Part shown: in pieces, positions 42,565 through 52,182 of the stretch | Layout of the letters: every line of letters starts with the position of its first letter | Position numbering within the stretch: the stretch's first letter is position 1 | Origin: a phage | Strand: one strand, 5' to 3' | NCBI GenBank assembly: GCA_024672315.1 | Contig: GCA_024672315.1_4714.1 | DNA: 64,000 nt | Position numbers and translations under genes: made by a program | The notes under the pieces: model-generated | Databases searched by the model: none | Told to the model about the DNA's origin: nothing | The model's input: the letters and a program-made list of their open reading frames with translations, nothing else

Positions 42565-43521
42565 TTAATGCAAGACACGATCTGCTGGAATTATCGAGGC
42601 ATTGCTGTCGGACAGATTCGTCGCTTTACGATCGGGACTGAATCGACGAGCGTTCTCTTCATGGTAGTTGACGGGGTTATCCTGTTTTAACAGTTCCATT
42701 GCCTCATCAAACGTTAGTTCCCGAAATCCTCTTGGATAGAGGAACAGGGGTTCATCAACATCCAACCCTTTAACAAACCCGTGCGACAACCAGACGCTAC
42801 CATCAGCACTGTAAAGAACCGGCTCAACGTCATAATCCAAGACGTATTGATACCAATAATTAAACAGTTGAGCAATCCACCGATTACGTAATAAGTAATC
42901 GATCGTAACCGCACTACGCACGCTGTGGCACCAGCCGATCTTACCATCAACTTTCTGCAACAACGTACCCTCATTTGCTTGATGAATAACCGCATTAAAT
43001 AACCACGCAAGATCGGTTGCGAAAAGTGCGGCTTCTTGAATATCGCTAATGTAACGCATGGGTATCGTCAGATGCGTGCGGTAATGCGACATCGCCTCTT
43101 CGTAGTTGTCTCCTTCGATGCAGAGAGTCCCGTTTGGTGACAGATGCCCCTGATTCAACGACTGACCAATATAAAGATCAGCGATCGCATTAATATGTTC
43201 GACGGTACCCAAGGTTAACTCGGACATAAAACAATCGACATCAACAGCCATCGATGTACTGGAAACAAACGGATTGGCTGGGCGAGTTGTATTAGAGAAA
43301 ATAATCGACCAAATCGCTTCGTGTTTTTCATCCGATGGCAAAAACGAAATATGGCGTTCTGCGCTGTTATCGACAACAAATACCTTTACGGTTTTCAAAC
43401 AGCTAGTACAAACATAGCACGTGTTCGGCAACGGCATATCCGAAAACATATCGTAACGAATCGATGCCAACGAAATATCATGTCCGCAATGAGGGCATGT
43501 CGTATCAATAAGCGTTTTCAT
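42565..43521 (-). CDS. zinc-ribbon-containing protein (318 aa)
   Basis: N-terminal CPHCGHD...CYVCTSC Cys4 motif. Confidence 0.5.
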   Translation of the reverse strand: MKTLIDTTCPHCGHDISLASIRYDMFSDMPLPNTCYVCTSCLKTVKVFVVDNSAERHISFLPSDEKHEAIWSIIFSNTTRPANPFVSSTSMAVDVDCFMSELTLGTVEHINAIADLYIGQSLNQGHLSPNGTLCIEGDNYEEAMSHYRTHLTIPMRYISDIQEAALFATDLAWLFNAVIHQANEGTLLQKVDGKIGWCHSVRSAVTIDYLLRNRWIAQLFNYWYQYVLDYDVEPVLYSADGSVWLSHGFVKGLDVDEPLFLYPRGFRELTFDEAMELLKQDNPVNYHEENARRFSPDRKATNLSDSNASIIPADRVLH

Positions 43522-43751
43522 TATTGAATTCCTTTTGATAAGAATAACTGAATATCGGTAAACTGTTCTTCAGGAACATCGTCAGCAGCCGTTAGAACCT
43601 TAGAGCCATGTTCATTGAGGTAAGCTTCCCGTAGACAACGATGACGTCGATTGGCTTCCTGGAACTCAGTGTCCGTCATGTAAACCAGCGTAAACTTCGA
43701 ACGTTTATTCGGATTATATCTCTTATTACGTTTCTTTGGTTTCTTCGCCAT
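43521..43751 (-). CDS. small protein with highly basic N-terminus (~76 aa)
   Basis: Start reassigned to ATG 43751 (MAKKPKKRNKRYNPNKRSK); track start 43784 lies inside hairpin. Confidence 0.45.
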   Translation of the reverse strand: MAKKPKKRNKRYNPNKRSKFTLVYMTDTEFQEANRRHRCLREAYLNEHGSKVLTAADDVPEEQFTDIQLFLSKGIQ

Positions 43752-43762
43752 AATAGCCTCGT

Positions 43763-43792
43763 GAAGGTGGATGGGTGTACCCATCCACCTTC
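43763..43792 (-). terminator. 13-bp-stem hairpin
   Basis: gaaggtggatggg-tgta-cccatccaccttc, 8 nt after stop at 43800. Confidence 0.55.
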
Positions 43793-43799
43793 CTCCATG

Positions 43800-44321
43800 T
43801 TAAAGTGCGTTCATTTCTTCAGGTGTACGTACGGTACGCGTGTTGGGATCAACCATTGCTGGCACACCCGCTGGGCATTTACGGACATCGATTCGCATCT
43901 CTGGTTCTATCGGACGAACGCGATACGTTTTTCCATCATCGGTTAACACCGAAATGGTCAACGCTTGATTCAACTCACTAACGAAGTTCACTAAACGCTG
44001 TTGTCCGCCCTTCGACCAGAAGTTAAGATCGGTTTCTCCATTGAAATAACTGATTCCATCAGCGGTTCCAATCGTGATTTTAACGATACCTGGATAGTCA
44101 CGAAGAAGAGGTGCCTGATAACCTTCATCTTCCGTATCCAGTTTTACCCACGCGCCTCCCGTAGACAAGCAGTTAACTTCCAAGGCGGTTGGTGCGCTGA
44201 CTTCTGCTGATGACCAGGTATACATCGTGCCTAGTTTGGCGTGTCCAGTTTCCAGTTCGCTATAATCCCAAGCATGTGCTGAAGCTGTAATAAATAAAGC
44301 CGCAAGAAACAACTTTTTCAT
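43800..44321 (-). CDS. secreted protein (~174 aa)
   Basis: Start reassigned to ATG 44321 (MKKLFLAALFITASAHA signal peptide) with AGGAA RBS. Confidence 0.55.
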   Translation of the reverse strand: MKKLFLAALFITASAHAWDYSELETGHAKLGTMYTWSSAEVSAPTALEVNCLSTGGAWVKLDTEDEGYQAPLLRDYPGIVKITIGTADGISYFNGETDLNFWSKGGQQRLVNFVSELNQALTISVLTDDGKTYRVRPIEPEMRIDVRKCPAGVPAMVDPNTRTVRTPEEMNAL

Positions 44322-44376
44322 TCTTTCGATTCCTATTAAAAAGTGACCGATTTCTGTGGTCGAGATTGCTAATAAA

Positions 44377-44838
44377 TTAATTCCGGTTTTGTTTCCGTAT
44401 TGCACGGTTACGTTTACGTTCTTGGTCCTTGATGGTACCAAGAAACTTCTTTAATTCTGACGGTTCGAGCGTACCCTCACGTACCACACCGTTTTGTTCG
44501 ATATGGTACGACCAATAACCAACTTCAGCCGTTAAGGATAACGTTGTCGGTTGTTCGTCAGGTAACGATCGGGGCGAGAAAATAAAGAGTAATTCAAAGG
44601 GCGTTTCTCGGCTGATGGTGGGACGGATACTCACATCAAGCCCCTCCCATCGCTGAGGTTTAAATATTCCTCCGGCGGCGATGATTGTCTCCGAGCGCTG
44701 GTCTACAAGCTCAGCTAATTCACGATCATCATTGAAATAAATATCGTGAAGGATATCCGTATCGATAAAAAACCCGCGATCCGAATCGTGACGAACAATG
44801 GAATTCTTCATTCTAACGCCTTTGTTGTTTGTTTTCAT
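44377..44838 (-). CDS. hypothetical protein (153 aa)
   Basis: ORF. Confidence 0.45.
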   Translation of the reverse strand: MKTNNKGVRMKNSIVRHDSDRGFFIDTDILHDIYFNDDRELAELVDQRSETIIAAGGIFKPQRWEGLDVSIRPTISRETPFELLFIFSPRSLPDEQPTTLSLTAEVGYWSYHIEQNGVVREGTLEPSELKKFLGTIKDQERKRNRAIRKQNRN

Positions 44839-44885
44839 GTCCTATACGAACATGAAAAACCGTTAATTTTTACCGTAGTCGTGTG

Positions 44886-45161
44886 TTAAAAATCCACACC
44901 GCGACCCGTCATCGACGAAGGAACCGCGTGATAATAGAAGTAGATGTAATGGTCACGATGGCTAAAACAGTTTTTGCAAGCATAGAACTCTCCAGATCCA
45001 ATGAATGATTTAATACGTGTAACTTGAGGGTGTCGTGCGATTAACGCCTGTAAAACGATTTCCATTTGGTGTGCGCTCAGGCCCGGTCGAGCTGCGACAT
45101 GATAATGAAGCTCCTTAAGAAATCGCTTCCAGGGGTCAGGTTGTGTCGATGATCGAGGCAT
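44886..45161 (-). CDS. hypothetical protein (91 aa)
   Basis: ORF with AAGGAGA RBS. Confidence 0.45.
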   Translation of the reverse strand: MPRSSTQPDPWKRFLKELHYHVAARPGLSAHQMEIVLQALIARHPQVTRIKSFIGSGEFYACKNCFSHRDHYIYFYYHAVPSSMTGRGVDF

Positions 45162-45199
45162 CTTTATCTCCTTAACGGGTGCTGGTAACGCAGCATAAA

Positions 45200-45217
45200 C
45201 CCTCCCCGAAGGGAGGG
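45200..45217 (-). terminator. hairpin CCCTCCC/GGGAGGG
   Basis: ccctccc-cgaa-gggaggg; followed on minus strand by TTTATGCTG about 30 nt before next ATG. Confidence 0.5.
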
Positions 45218-45227
45218 CGGTTAACGA

Positions 45228-45785
45228 TCACTCCATCCATACTTCTTCGTCGTAATGATTTTCTATCGCATTACGCCAAAAACGCACGGTGTCCAAACTA
45301 ATCGGCGCATAGAAATGCTGATCAACGCCGACATTAAGTCCGTTAGCTTTCGCTAACATACAGCGATGAATATGACCGAATAAATTAAAGTAGCCTGGGT
45401 TTCTTTCGCTGGGCTTATGGCATAGCCAGTAGGATTCGTCATTGCTAATCGGCAACACCAACGGATGTTCATAAACCGCAGCAAACCCCATACCGAGCAA
45501 TTTATCACGCCACGCTTCAAAGCTTAATCCTGTCGCTTTGTATGCGTCTTCGTCCCAATTCCCCATCACCAATTGAACCTGGATATCAGAACGAATGGCT
45601 TCCACGAACTCGAACTTACCCCAATCACCTAAATGCCATAACACACTGTTCTTTGGAAGATTGTTGATGGCTTTCAGCATATGCTGGTTCATATCGGCGA
45701 CGCTTGCGAACGGACGGCGTGAATACGTCCAGGTACGCTCGCTATCAAAATGGGTATCCGACGTAAAGAAGATGGCCGGGGTCAT
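45228..45785 (-). CDS. metallophosphoesterase / Ser-Thr protein phosphatase-like (185 aa)
   Basis: Calcineurin-like motifs SDTHFD, HLGDWG, GNWDE, GHIH. Confidence 0.65.
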   Translation of the reverse strand: MTPAIFFTSDTHFDSERTWTYSRRPFASVADMNQHMLKAINNLPKNSVLWHLGDWGKFEFVEAIRSDIQVQLVMGNWDEDAYKATGLSFEAWRDKLLGMGFAAVYEHPLVLPISNDESYWLCHKPSERNPGYFNLFGHIHRCMLAKANGLNVGVDQHFYAPISLDTVRFWRNAIENHYDEEVWME

Positions 45786-46264
45786 TGATTTAATTGCTCC
45801 AGAAACGCACGTCCCGATTTACTTGCTTTTAAATGCTGTTCTGCGGAAGTAAGCAGAAGATCGGTTGGCGTGTATGCAGCGCCACCTTTCCATGCTGTTT
45901 TCAGTTTACCCTTTTCGATACTGAACTGAATCAGTTGTTGGGTACCGAAGTTAAGCGTGTTCGTCGCAGCACTAAATACACCACCCATCATGCTGTAACC
46001 AAAGACTTTCACGTTTTCCGTGTAGAAGTCATTGTCGATCAATTTGTTCTGAAGCTCGAGTTGGTCGGACGGTAGCAATCCCCCATCAAAGACGCTTAAA
46101 ATACCAGCCAGGCGATACATACTCACCTTTCCTGAAACGCCCACCACGTAATTGCCATACAGGGTTTCTTCCAGTTTAGCAACAACGGTGCGATCGTCGG
46201 AGGTTTTCATCGAAACCTCAATACCATCACCAACTTCTGTTAACGTTAAATCAACGATACTCAT
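45782..46264 (-). CDS. hypothetical protein (160 aa)
   Basis: ORF; ATGA-type overlap with phosphatase gene. Confidence 0.45.
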   Translation of the reverse strand: MSIVDLTLTEVGDGIEVSMKTSDDRTVVAKLEETLYGNYVVGVSGKVSMYRLAGILSVFDGGLLPSDQLELQNKLIDNDFYTENVKVFGYSMMGGVFSAATNTLNFGTQQLIQFSIEKGKLKTAWKGGAAYTPTDLLLTSAEQHLKASKSGRAFLEQLNQ

Positions 46265-46286
46265 TCATTATTCTCCGCTTTCATGT

Positions 46287-46973
46287 TTAACACATGATTT
46301 CACCATGTTTCTTTTCAACATACGTATAAACGTCATCCAAATAAGCAATGAGTTTATCACGATCCCCACACAGCGATTTAATCACCGCAATCTCTTTCAT
46401 ATAAAGCTGCTGACCTAACGCTGGATACGTAATCCAAGCGTAGCCGTCAGGCGCAAATTTAGAAATAAGATAATCGGCGGTTTCCTGTAATGCGAACTCT
46501 TTGCTCATCTGGCCGTAACGATGTTCGATTGCACGGATACCAAAACGTTCGCTATCGAGACGACCCATATCCGCCAGACGAAGCACCTGAGAAGCAACCG
46601 AACTACGTGGACCAGAGTACGATGCACGATGTTCAGCAATAAGTACGCGTATCTCCTCGATGTCTTCCGGTGTGAAAATATGCTGCTCGTTACGAAGCAG
46701 GATAACCGACGCACGAATACCCCCGATAAGGTGGTGGTATGTTCTGTTTTCGTGGCAAGCGATATCATGCATAAAAGCAGCGGTTAATAGACGACGACGT
46801 TCCGTGGGTCTGATGATCCCAACCACATCAGCAAGTTCATTTGCCAGTTCAACAACGGCAAGCACATGTTCTTCTTGATGTGCAAGATCGTTCTTCCGAA
46901 TATTTTCAATTACTTCAGCGCGTGTTTCCTGAGATAAAAAATTTAAACAATCCAACGAATATAAAGATTTCAT
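46287..46973 (-). CDS. HD-domain phosphohydrolase (228 aa)
   Basis: H...HD...D pattern (HQEEHVLAV ... AAFMHDIACH); first gene downstream of TATATTAC element. Confidence 0.55.
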   Translation of the reverse strand: MKSLYSLDCLNFLSQETRAEVIENIRKNDLAHQEEHVLAVVELANELADVVGIIRPTERRRLLTAAFMHDIACHENRTYHHLIGGIRASVILLRNEQHIFTPEDIEEIRVLIAEHRASYSGPRSSVASQVLRLADMGRLDSERFGIRAIEHRYGQMSKEFALQETADYLISKFAPDGYAWITYPALGQQLYMKEIAVIKSLCGDRDKLIAYLDDVYTYVEKKHGEIMC

Positions 46974-47013
46974 CGCACGTACCTCTTTGAATCTATTAAT
47001 AAATTTTCTTTAC

Positions 47014-47038
47014 TCACGTAAGTAATATAGCCGTGAAA
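47014..47038 (-). promoter_or_regulatory. candidate phage promoter element, copy 2 (minus-strand reading TTTCACGGCTATATTACTTACGTGA)
   Basis: 24/25 identity with 19971-19995; sits in divergent intergenic region 41-65 nt upstream of HD gene. Confidence 0.45.
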
Positions 47039-47117
47039 GGATTTGTGTTGGTCCGTCTCGATGCCCATCGTATTTTATGGATTGTCGAATGACGTCATTT
47101 TAAGGGACATCCCCGGC

Positions 47118-47151
47118 CTCCTCCCCAGGAAAGGTGTGGGGAGGAGTTTTT
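47118..47151 (+). terminator. hairpin plus T5 tract upstream of helicase gene
   Basis: ctcctcccca-ggaaaggtg-tggggaggag-ttttt; no upstream + gene within window, so role ambiguous. Confidence 0.4.
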
Positions 47152-47181
47152 ATCATACATTCTATTAAATCGAGCGCGATT

Positions 47182-49263
47182 ATGTTGGATAGAATCAATC
47201 GTTTAATGAACCGAATAGCGGTTAAAAATCAGAGTAACAACACCGTGCATATCGGGGGTATCGATGCCTGGCGTCTTTCAGATGACATTCAGCGAATATG
47301 GGGTACCTCCCGATTTATGAAACATATGTTTCGTAATTTCTCTTCTAGTGGACTCAGTCTCCACAACTTTTACCTTCCCGATTTCGTTTATATTCTCGAA
47401 ACGATCATCGAAGCAAAGAATACCCGCAGTAATAAACGCATGCTGAAACACCTTATTGAGGTACTGCTGCAGGAAACCTGGTTGCAAAATACCACAATCG
47501 AGCAACCTGCAATCCTCGATAAAGCACGCATGAACAAAATGCTAACGCTCTCTTTGTTCGATTATCAAGATGAGTTTATCGACATCTATAACCGTAACGT
47601 ACCTAAATACCGACTGAAAGGATACGTGTGCGCAATGGGTGCCGGTGCGGGTAAAACAATCACCGCATTGGCTTTAAGCGCTGCAATGAACGTCGACGTA
47701 TTTGTGGTCTGCTGTCCTAAGAACACCATGCGTTCAGCATGGCAATCCGATGTAAACAAAGCCATCGTTGACCCTGCAACAGAAACCGCGTTCTGGTCAG
47801 ATACAATGCCCCCATCACAGCTGCAGAAAAGCGATAAGTATTATTTTCTGCATTACGAGTCGATGGGTTTATTAAACGATGTGATGATCAAGCATAAACG
47901 CACAGCGAAGCGCGTGTTGATCGTGGTTGACGAAAGCCATAACTTCAACGACAAGAACAGCCAACGTTCCCAACGACTGGTTGATCTCGTACAGACGATG
48001 CGTCAGACCATGAATGCGGATGTGCATGTCTTGTTTATGTCGGGTACGCCCGTTAAACAGATGGGTTCTGAGATGATCCCCTGTTTAGGTTGTATCGACC
48101 CGATGTTCCAAGGACAGGTGGTCGATAGCTTCAAAGCAATTTACGGTTTAACCAGCAGTCGCGCTAACGATATCCTCAGACATCGTCTTGGGTTCATGAT
48201 GCATGTCGTACCTAAAGAGGCTTACCGTAAAACCCGTCCGGAAGTTCAGGATGTTTACGTGAAGCTCCCTAACGGTAGCGATTATACCATCTCAAGTATC
48301 CGTGACGACATGGCGATATTTGTACGCGATCGGGCGAAGTATTACAAGGATAACTGGGGGCATTACAGAAAGATTTTTGATGATGCCTTGGACTACTATC
48401 GTAAGACTATTCGTACCGACGGAGAACGTAAAGAGCTATCTCGATACGAATCGATTGTTGCTCGTTTCCAGAAGGGTTACGACCCTGTCAGAGACAAAGA
48501 AGATGCGATGTTCTGCAACGCGTTTGAAAAACGTTCCATCATGCCGGTTCTTCCTTCTGATTTAAGGGTTGCTTTCAAAGACGCCAAGAGCGTCATCAAG
48601 TACGTTGGGTTGAAAATTCAGGGTGAAGCGTTGGCGCGTGTTCTAGGTGCAGCCCGCATTCGGTGTCATGTCGACATGGTGGAGTACATCGACTTCGAAG
48701 GGTACATCAACAACGCTGAAGCCAAAGTGTTGATCTTCACGTCGTACGTTCAGGTGGTTGAGCGCGTCGACAACATGCTTCGTGATGCGGGTTTCTTACC
48801 GGAACCCATTTACGGGAAGACCAACAAGAACATCAACCAGATACTTGCTCGTCTACGCGATGATCCTGACAGCGGTCCCGCTATCGCAACATTTGATAGC
48901 TTAGCTGAAGGGGTTCCAATGCTGATGTGTAATGTGGGTCTTTTCCTGAACAACCCATGGCGTTCATCCGATGAAATCCAAGCCATCAGTCGTCTCGATC
49001 GTGTAGGGCAAACGCAACCTGTTCGGATCTATCGTTTCATGTTGGATACAGGAAGCGAGGGTAACGTTTCTACACGTAGCCACGAAATCATGGAGTTAAG
49101 TCGACAGCTTGTTGAAGAAATCACGGGTGTCAAATACGTGGTGAACAAGCAAGACGATGTTAACTTGCAGGAAACGTTGGCGATGGAAGGATACGATCAA
49201 TACGTTACCGTAAACACCACGGAATACGATATTAAACCACGACCTGCGTTCTTGGAATGGTGA
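47182..49263 (+). CDS. SNF2-family ATP-dependent helicase (~693 aa)
   Basis: Motif I GAGAGKT, motif II VVDESHNF, SNF2-type motif VI QAISRLDRVGQTQPVRIYRF; start set to ATG 47182 (track start 47134 lies in hairpin). Confidence 0.7.
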   Translation: MLDRINRLMNRIAVKNQSNNTVHIGGIDAWRLSDDIQRIWGTSRFMKHMFRNFSSSGLSLHNFYLPDFVYILETIIEAKNTRSNKRMLKHLIEVLLQETWLQNTTIEQPAILDKARMNKMLTLSLFDYQDEFIDIYNRNVPKYRLKGYVCAMGAGAGKTITALALSAAMNVDVFVVCCPKNTMRSAWQSDVNKAIVDPATETAFWSDTMPPSQLQKSDKYYFLHYESMGLLNDVMIKHKRTAKRVLIVVDESHNFNDKNSQRSQRLVDLVQTMRQTMNADVHVLFMSGTPVKQMGSEMIPCLGCIDPMFQGQVVDSFKAIYGLTSSRANDILRHRLGFMMHVVPKEAYRKTRPEVQDVYVKLPNGSDYTISSIRDDMAIFVRDRAKYYKDNWGHYRKIFDDALDYYRKTIRTDGERKELSRYESIVARFQKGYDPVRDKEDAMFCNAFEKRSIMPVLPSDLRVAFKDAKSVIKYVGLKIQGEALARVLGAARIRCHVDMVEYIDFEGYINNAEAKVLIFTSYVQVVERVDNMLRDAGFLPEPIYGKTNKNINQILARLRDDPDSGPAIATFDSLAEGVPMLMCNVGLFLNNPWRSSDEIQAISRLDRVGQTQPVRIYRFMLDTGSEGNVSTRSHEIMELSRQLVEEITGVKYVVNKQDDVNLQETLAMEGYDQYVTVNTTEYDIKPRPAFLEW

Positions 49264-49268
49264 TTAAG

Positions 49269-49296
49269 AAGCTCTGTCTGACATCAGACAGAGCTT
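49269..49296 (+). terminator. 13-bp-stem hairpin after helicase stop
   Basis: aagctctgtctga-ca-tcagacagagctt followed by TATGTTG. Confidence 0.55.
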
Positions 49297-49363
49297 TATG
49301 TTGTATTTGTTGCAACAATCGTATGACGTATACGCGTTGTACTTATTTAATAAGGCAGAATAA

Positions 49364-50815
49364 ATGAAACTTAAACAAAGCTGGAAAGACGAACTTCTCG
49401 CGTTAGTAAACAGCAAAAACAGCTTACAGCTGACATTAGACGACGTAAAATTTGAACTAACTGAACCGGTAAGCGAAGTGCCCGGAACGGTTGTCGTTAC
49501 GATCAAACCGAACGATGATAGCCGTTACTTTAACGAGCAGTCTCTGACCTACATCCGTCGAGACATCGCTAAAAACTTCACCGGGATCCCGTTACGCGTT
49601 ATCGTTAAAAATGATACCGCTGTAAGGGATATCATCAACACGATCGCTGAACGTTACGGATTGGTATTTGACACAACCGTCGACTTCCTCGAATCCGAGC
49701 TGAATAAACAAATTACGTTCGAAGACACCGGTATTAAAGACATTACGGTTCCGGTTGCAAACACGTCTTATGTTTGGGCTGGTAATCTTCAGTTCAATAT
49801 CGCTAACGATACGTTGAGCTTGATTACGATCATCAAGCAAACCAATCTTACGAATCTGGTTTATCTGGATGGCGTTGAAGCTGACACATCGGGTTCGTTA
49901 CTGTTAGCAACGACCTCGGTTATCGGCGAAAACGGAAATGCCGAAACAACTGAAGGTGTCCTTGCCGCCACGTACTTCCAGAATATCCTGAACGTCATGG
50001 TTCGTTATGGTGATATTACCAGCGAACAAATGCAACAAGCAATGCAGACAATTAACGAAAGCGAAGACGCTCGTAGAGTAGAGGTGCGGTCATACGGTGA
50101 CGCCGAGTTACTGGTAACCACCAAGAAAGATTGGGTTATCGGTAGCCTTAAGGGTGCTATGGTTGTTGGTCACGCTTCACCTAAACCAATCCAATACATT
50201 CTTAAAACAAAAGGCGGCAGCATTATATTGTCATTAGATGGTTGGACAAATGTCAATATCGATTGGGGTGATGGGAATAAGACGACGGAGACCTCAGGCG
50301 ATAATGAATATCGACACAATTATGCGGACACTACAGAACGTACGATCGTCGCTACGGGTACCCCTACCAACGTTGAAGATACAGAGGTACAGCAAAGCTT
50401 CACCGGTGGTAACATCACTGAAATCGTTGACTGGAACAACGGATTACCTAAGGCCCCATCATTCCTTGCGGCGAACAGTTTAACTAAGGTTCCTGATTAT
50501 ATCCCGGCATACTGGACATCGTTAGAAGGTATGTTTACGCGATGCAGCGCTATTAACAACGTGAACATCACCAAATGGAACACCCGCAACATTACTTCAA
50601 TGAAGGACCTCTTCTACGGTTGCGCTACATTCAACCAACCGATCGGTTCGTGGGATGTTTCGTCTGTTAAGAATGCAGACAATATGTTGTCTGGGTGCTT
50701 CGCGTTCAATCAGGATCTGAGCGGTTGGACGTTCCCGGCAGGCACTTCACACGTCAACTACGACGCCATGACCGCCGCATGGCAGGCTGGTTATAAACCA
50801 CACTTCGCCGAGTAA
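49364..50815 (+). CDS. tail fiber protein (483 aa) with shared N-terminal fiber domain
   Basis: SWKDELLALVNSKNSLQLTLDDV...TYIRRDIAKNFTGIPLRVIVK matches the N-domain of three leftward paralogs. Confidence 0.65.
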   Translation: MKLKQSWKDELLALVNSKNSLQLTLDDVKFELTEPVSEVPGTVVVTIKPNDDSRYFNEQSLTYIRRDIAKNFTGIPLRVIVKNDTAVRDIINTIAERYGLVFDTTVDFLESELNKQITFEDTGIKDITVPVANTSYVWAGNLQFNIANDTLSLITIIKQTNLTNLVYLDGVEADTSGSLLLATTSVIGENGNAETTEGVLAATYFQNILNVMVRYGDITSEQMQQAMQTINESEDARRVEVRSYGDAELLVTTKKDWVIGSLKGAMVVGHASPKPIQYILKTKGGSIILSLDGWTNVNIDWGDGNKTTETSGDNEYRHNYADTTERTIVATGTPTNVEDTEVQQSFTGGNITEIVDWNNGLPKAPSFLAANSLTKVPDYIPAYWTSLEGMFTRCSAINNVNITKWNTRNITSMKDLFYGCATFNQPIGSWDVSSVKNADNMLSGCFAFNQDLSGWTFPAGTSHVNYDAMTAAWQAGYKPHFAE

Positions 50816-50835
50816 AAAAAAAATAGATAGTATAT

Positions 50836-50868
50836 CTTCCTCCCTACCCATAACGGGCGGGGAGGAAG
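50836..50868. terminator. bidirectional terminator at convergent junction
   Basis: cttcctccc-N13-gggaggaag; A9 run on + side gives T-tract for minus transcript; TTTATGTGG follows on + side. Confidence 0.65.
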
Positions 50869-50885
50869 GTTTATGTGGTTATGAC

Positions 50886-51224
50886 TTAGAACCAGAGTTC
50901 TTTCATGAAGTAGGCTTCCATATCGTAGATAAGCCACTCGTCAGGGATTTCTAAAGGATCGTCTTCGGTTAAGGTCAGCATGTGTAGGGCGAACGCACGC
51001 TTAATATCGTTCAGCAGTTTCTCGTCGTCGTAACCTTCAGGTAACTTACGGTCAACCAGCTGGGTTTGTTTATAGACATCGCGGAACGCTTCAGGGCTGT
51101 GTTTGTCCATCGGAAATTGTTCAGCGGCCTGAACCATCGAAAGCGTCCAGCTTACAACATTGTAACGCTCACCGTTAATTTCACTGAACTGATCATCGAT
51201 TAAACAGATTTGTTGTACGTTCAT
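50886..51224 (-). CDS. hypothetical protein (112 aa)
   Basis: ORF. Confidence 0.5.
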   Translation of the reverse strand: MNVQQICLIDDQFSEINGERYNVVSWTLSMVQAAEQFPMDKHSPEAFRDVYKQTQLVDRKLPEGYDDEKLLNDIKRAFALHMLTLTEDDPLEIPDEWLIYDMEAYFMKELWF

Positions 51225-52114
51225 TCATTTTCTCCATTCTTATCTTGATCGCAATCACACTCTTCGTTGTTCTTCTTACTTAAACGTAAGACACTGAGTG
51301 CAGCATGCTTAAGTTCTTGCAACGCGCTTTTCAGCTGACCTTCTTCATCGAAATCAAAATACTTCTCGTTGTAGCTTAACGCTGGAATCATATTTACGAG
51401 AGGTTCGATGGCAGGCATTAGCATTTCAATGACGACCTTAGGATCAACAAAGCGTTCAAACCCTTCAGGAAGTTTGCTCGCTACAACCTTATCGTTCTTG
51501 ATGTAGAATTTGTTCTTGAACAGATCGTCAAGAATAGCGTTCTCTTCATCCGTACGTTTTGCGTGAGGACGATCGATCATCTGCACAAACACGCCGCTCA
51601 ACGCTTCAGGCACGGTCGGATTTTCACGAAGATAAGTTCCAGCTGGAATTTCAATATCGATCTTCGTCCACTCAACAACCTGGTGGTCTCGCGTATAGAT
51701 GACGTCAACTTCCCATGCTAGACCATCAGCGCTTTCTACGGTGTAACGTGTTTTCGCCTGGCCTTCAGGAGCCATACGTTCGATCGCGTCAAACATCTCG
51801 ACTGGGATTTCGACTTCGCTTTCCGTTGCGTCACCTGGACCACGATACACCTTCGTGGTCATGATGTATTTCGGCTCTTCGTTATCGATCTGTATCGCAC
51901 GTGCGCGCACCTGACCTTTCACACCACCAACGGCCGTGTTATCAAACAACCATTGATGTTGCACCATATGTTCAATTTTTGATGCAACCTGACGAAGACG
52001 TTCAACACCGTCTTCAGCCAGTTTACCAAAGAAGACCAGCTCACGTTCCTGCTGTGTCTCACCACTTAACATCATTAAATTGGCGATTTGTTTCACGCCT
52101 CTTACTTGTGACAT
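51221..52114 (-). CDS. hypothetical protein (297 aa)
   Basis: ORF. Confidence 0.5.
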   Translation of the reverse strand: MSQVRGVKQIANLMMLSGETQQERELVFFGKLAEDGVERLRQVASKIEHMVQHQWLFDNTAVGGVKGQVRARAIQIDNEEPKYIMTTKVYRGPGDATESEVEIPVEMFDAIERMAPEGQAKTRYTVESADGLAWEVDVIYTRDHQVVEWTKIDIEIPAGTYLRENPTVPEALSGVFVQMIDRPHAKRTDEENAILDDLFKNKFYIKNDKVVASKLPEGFERFVDPKVVIEMLMPAIEPLVNMIPALSYNEKYFDFDEEGQLKSALQELKHAALSVLRLSKKNNEECDCDQDKNGENE

Positions 52115-52131
52115 ACATGCTCCGGTTATAA

Positions 52132-52149
52132 GGGCCTACATCGAGGCCC
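52132..52149 (-). terminator. hairpin
   Basis: gggcct-acatcg-aggccc after helicase stop; CTTATAACCGG follows on minus strand. Confidence 0.4.
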
Positions 52150-52182
52150 CTCATTGATTTTTGATTCCACCAAACGCTATCG

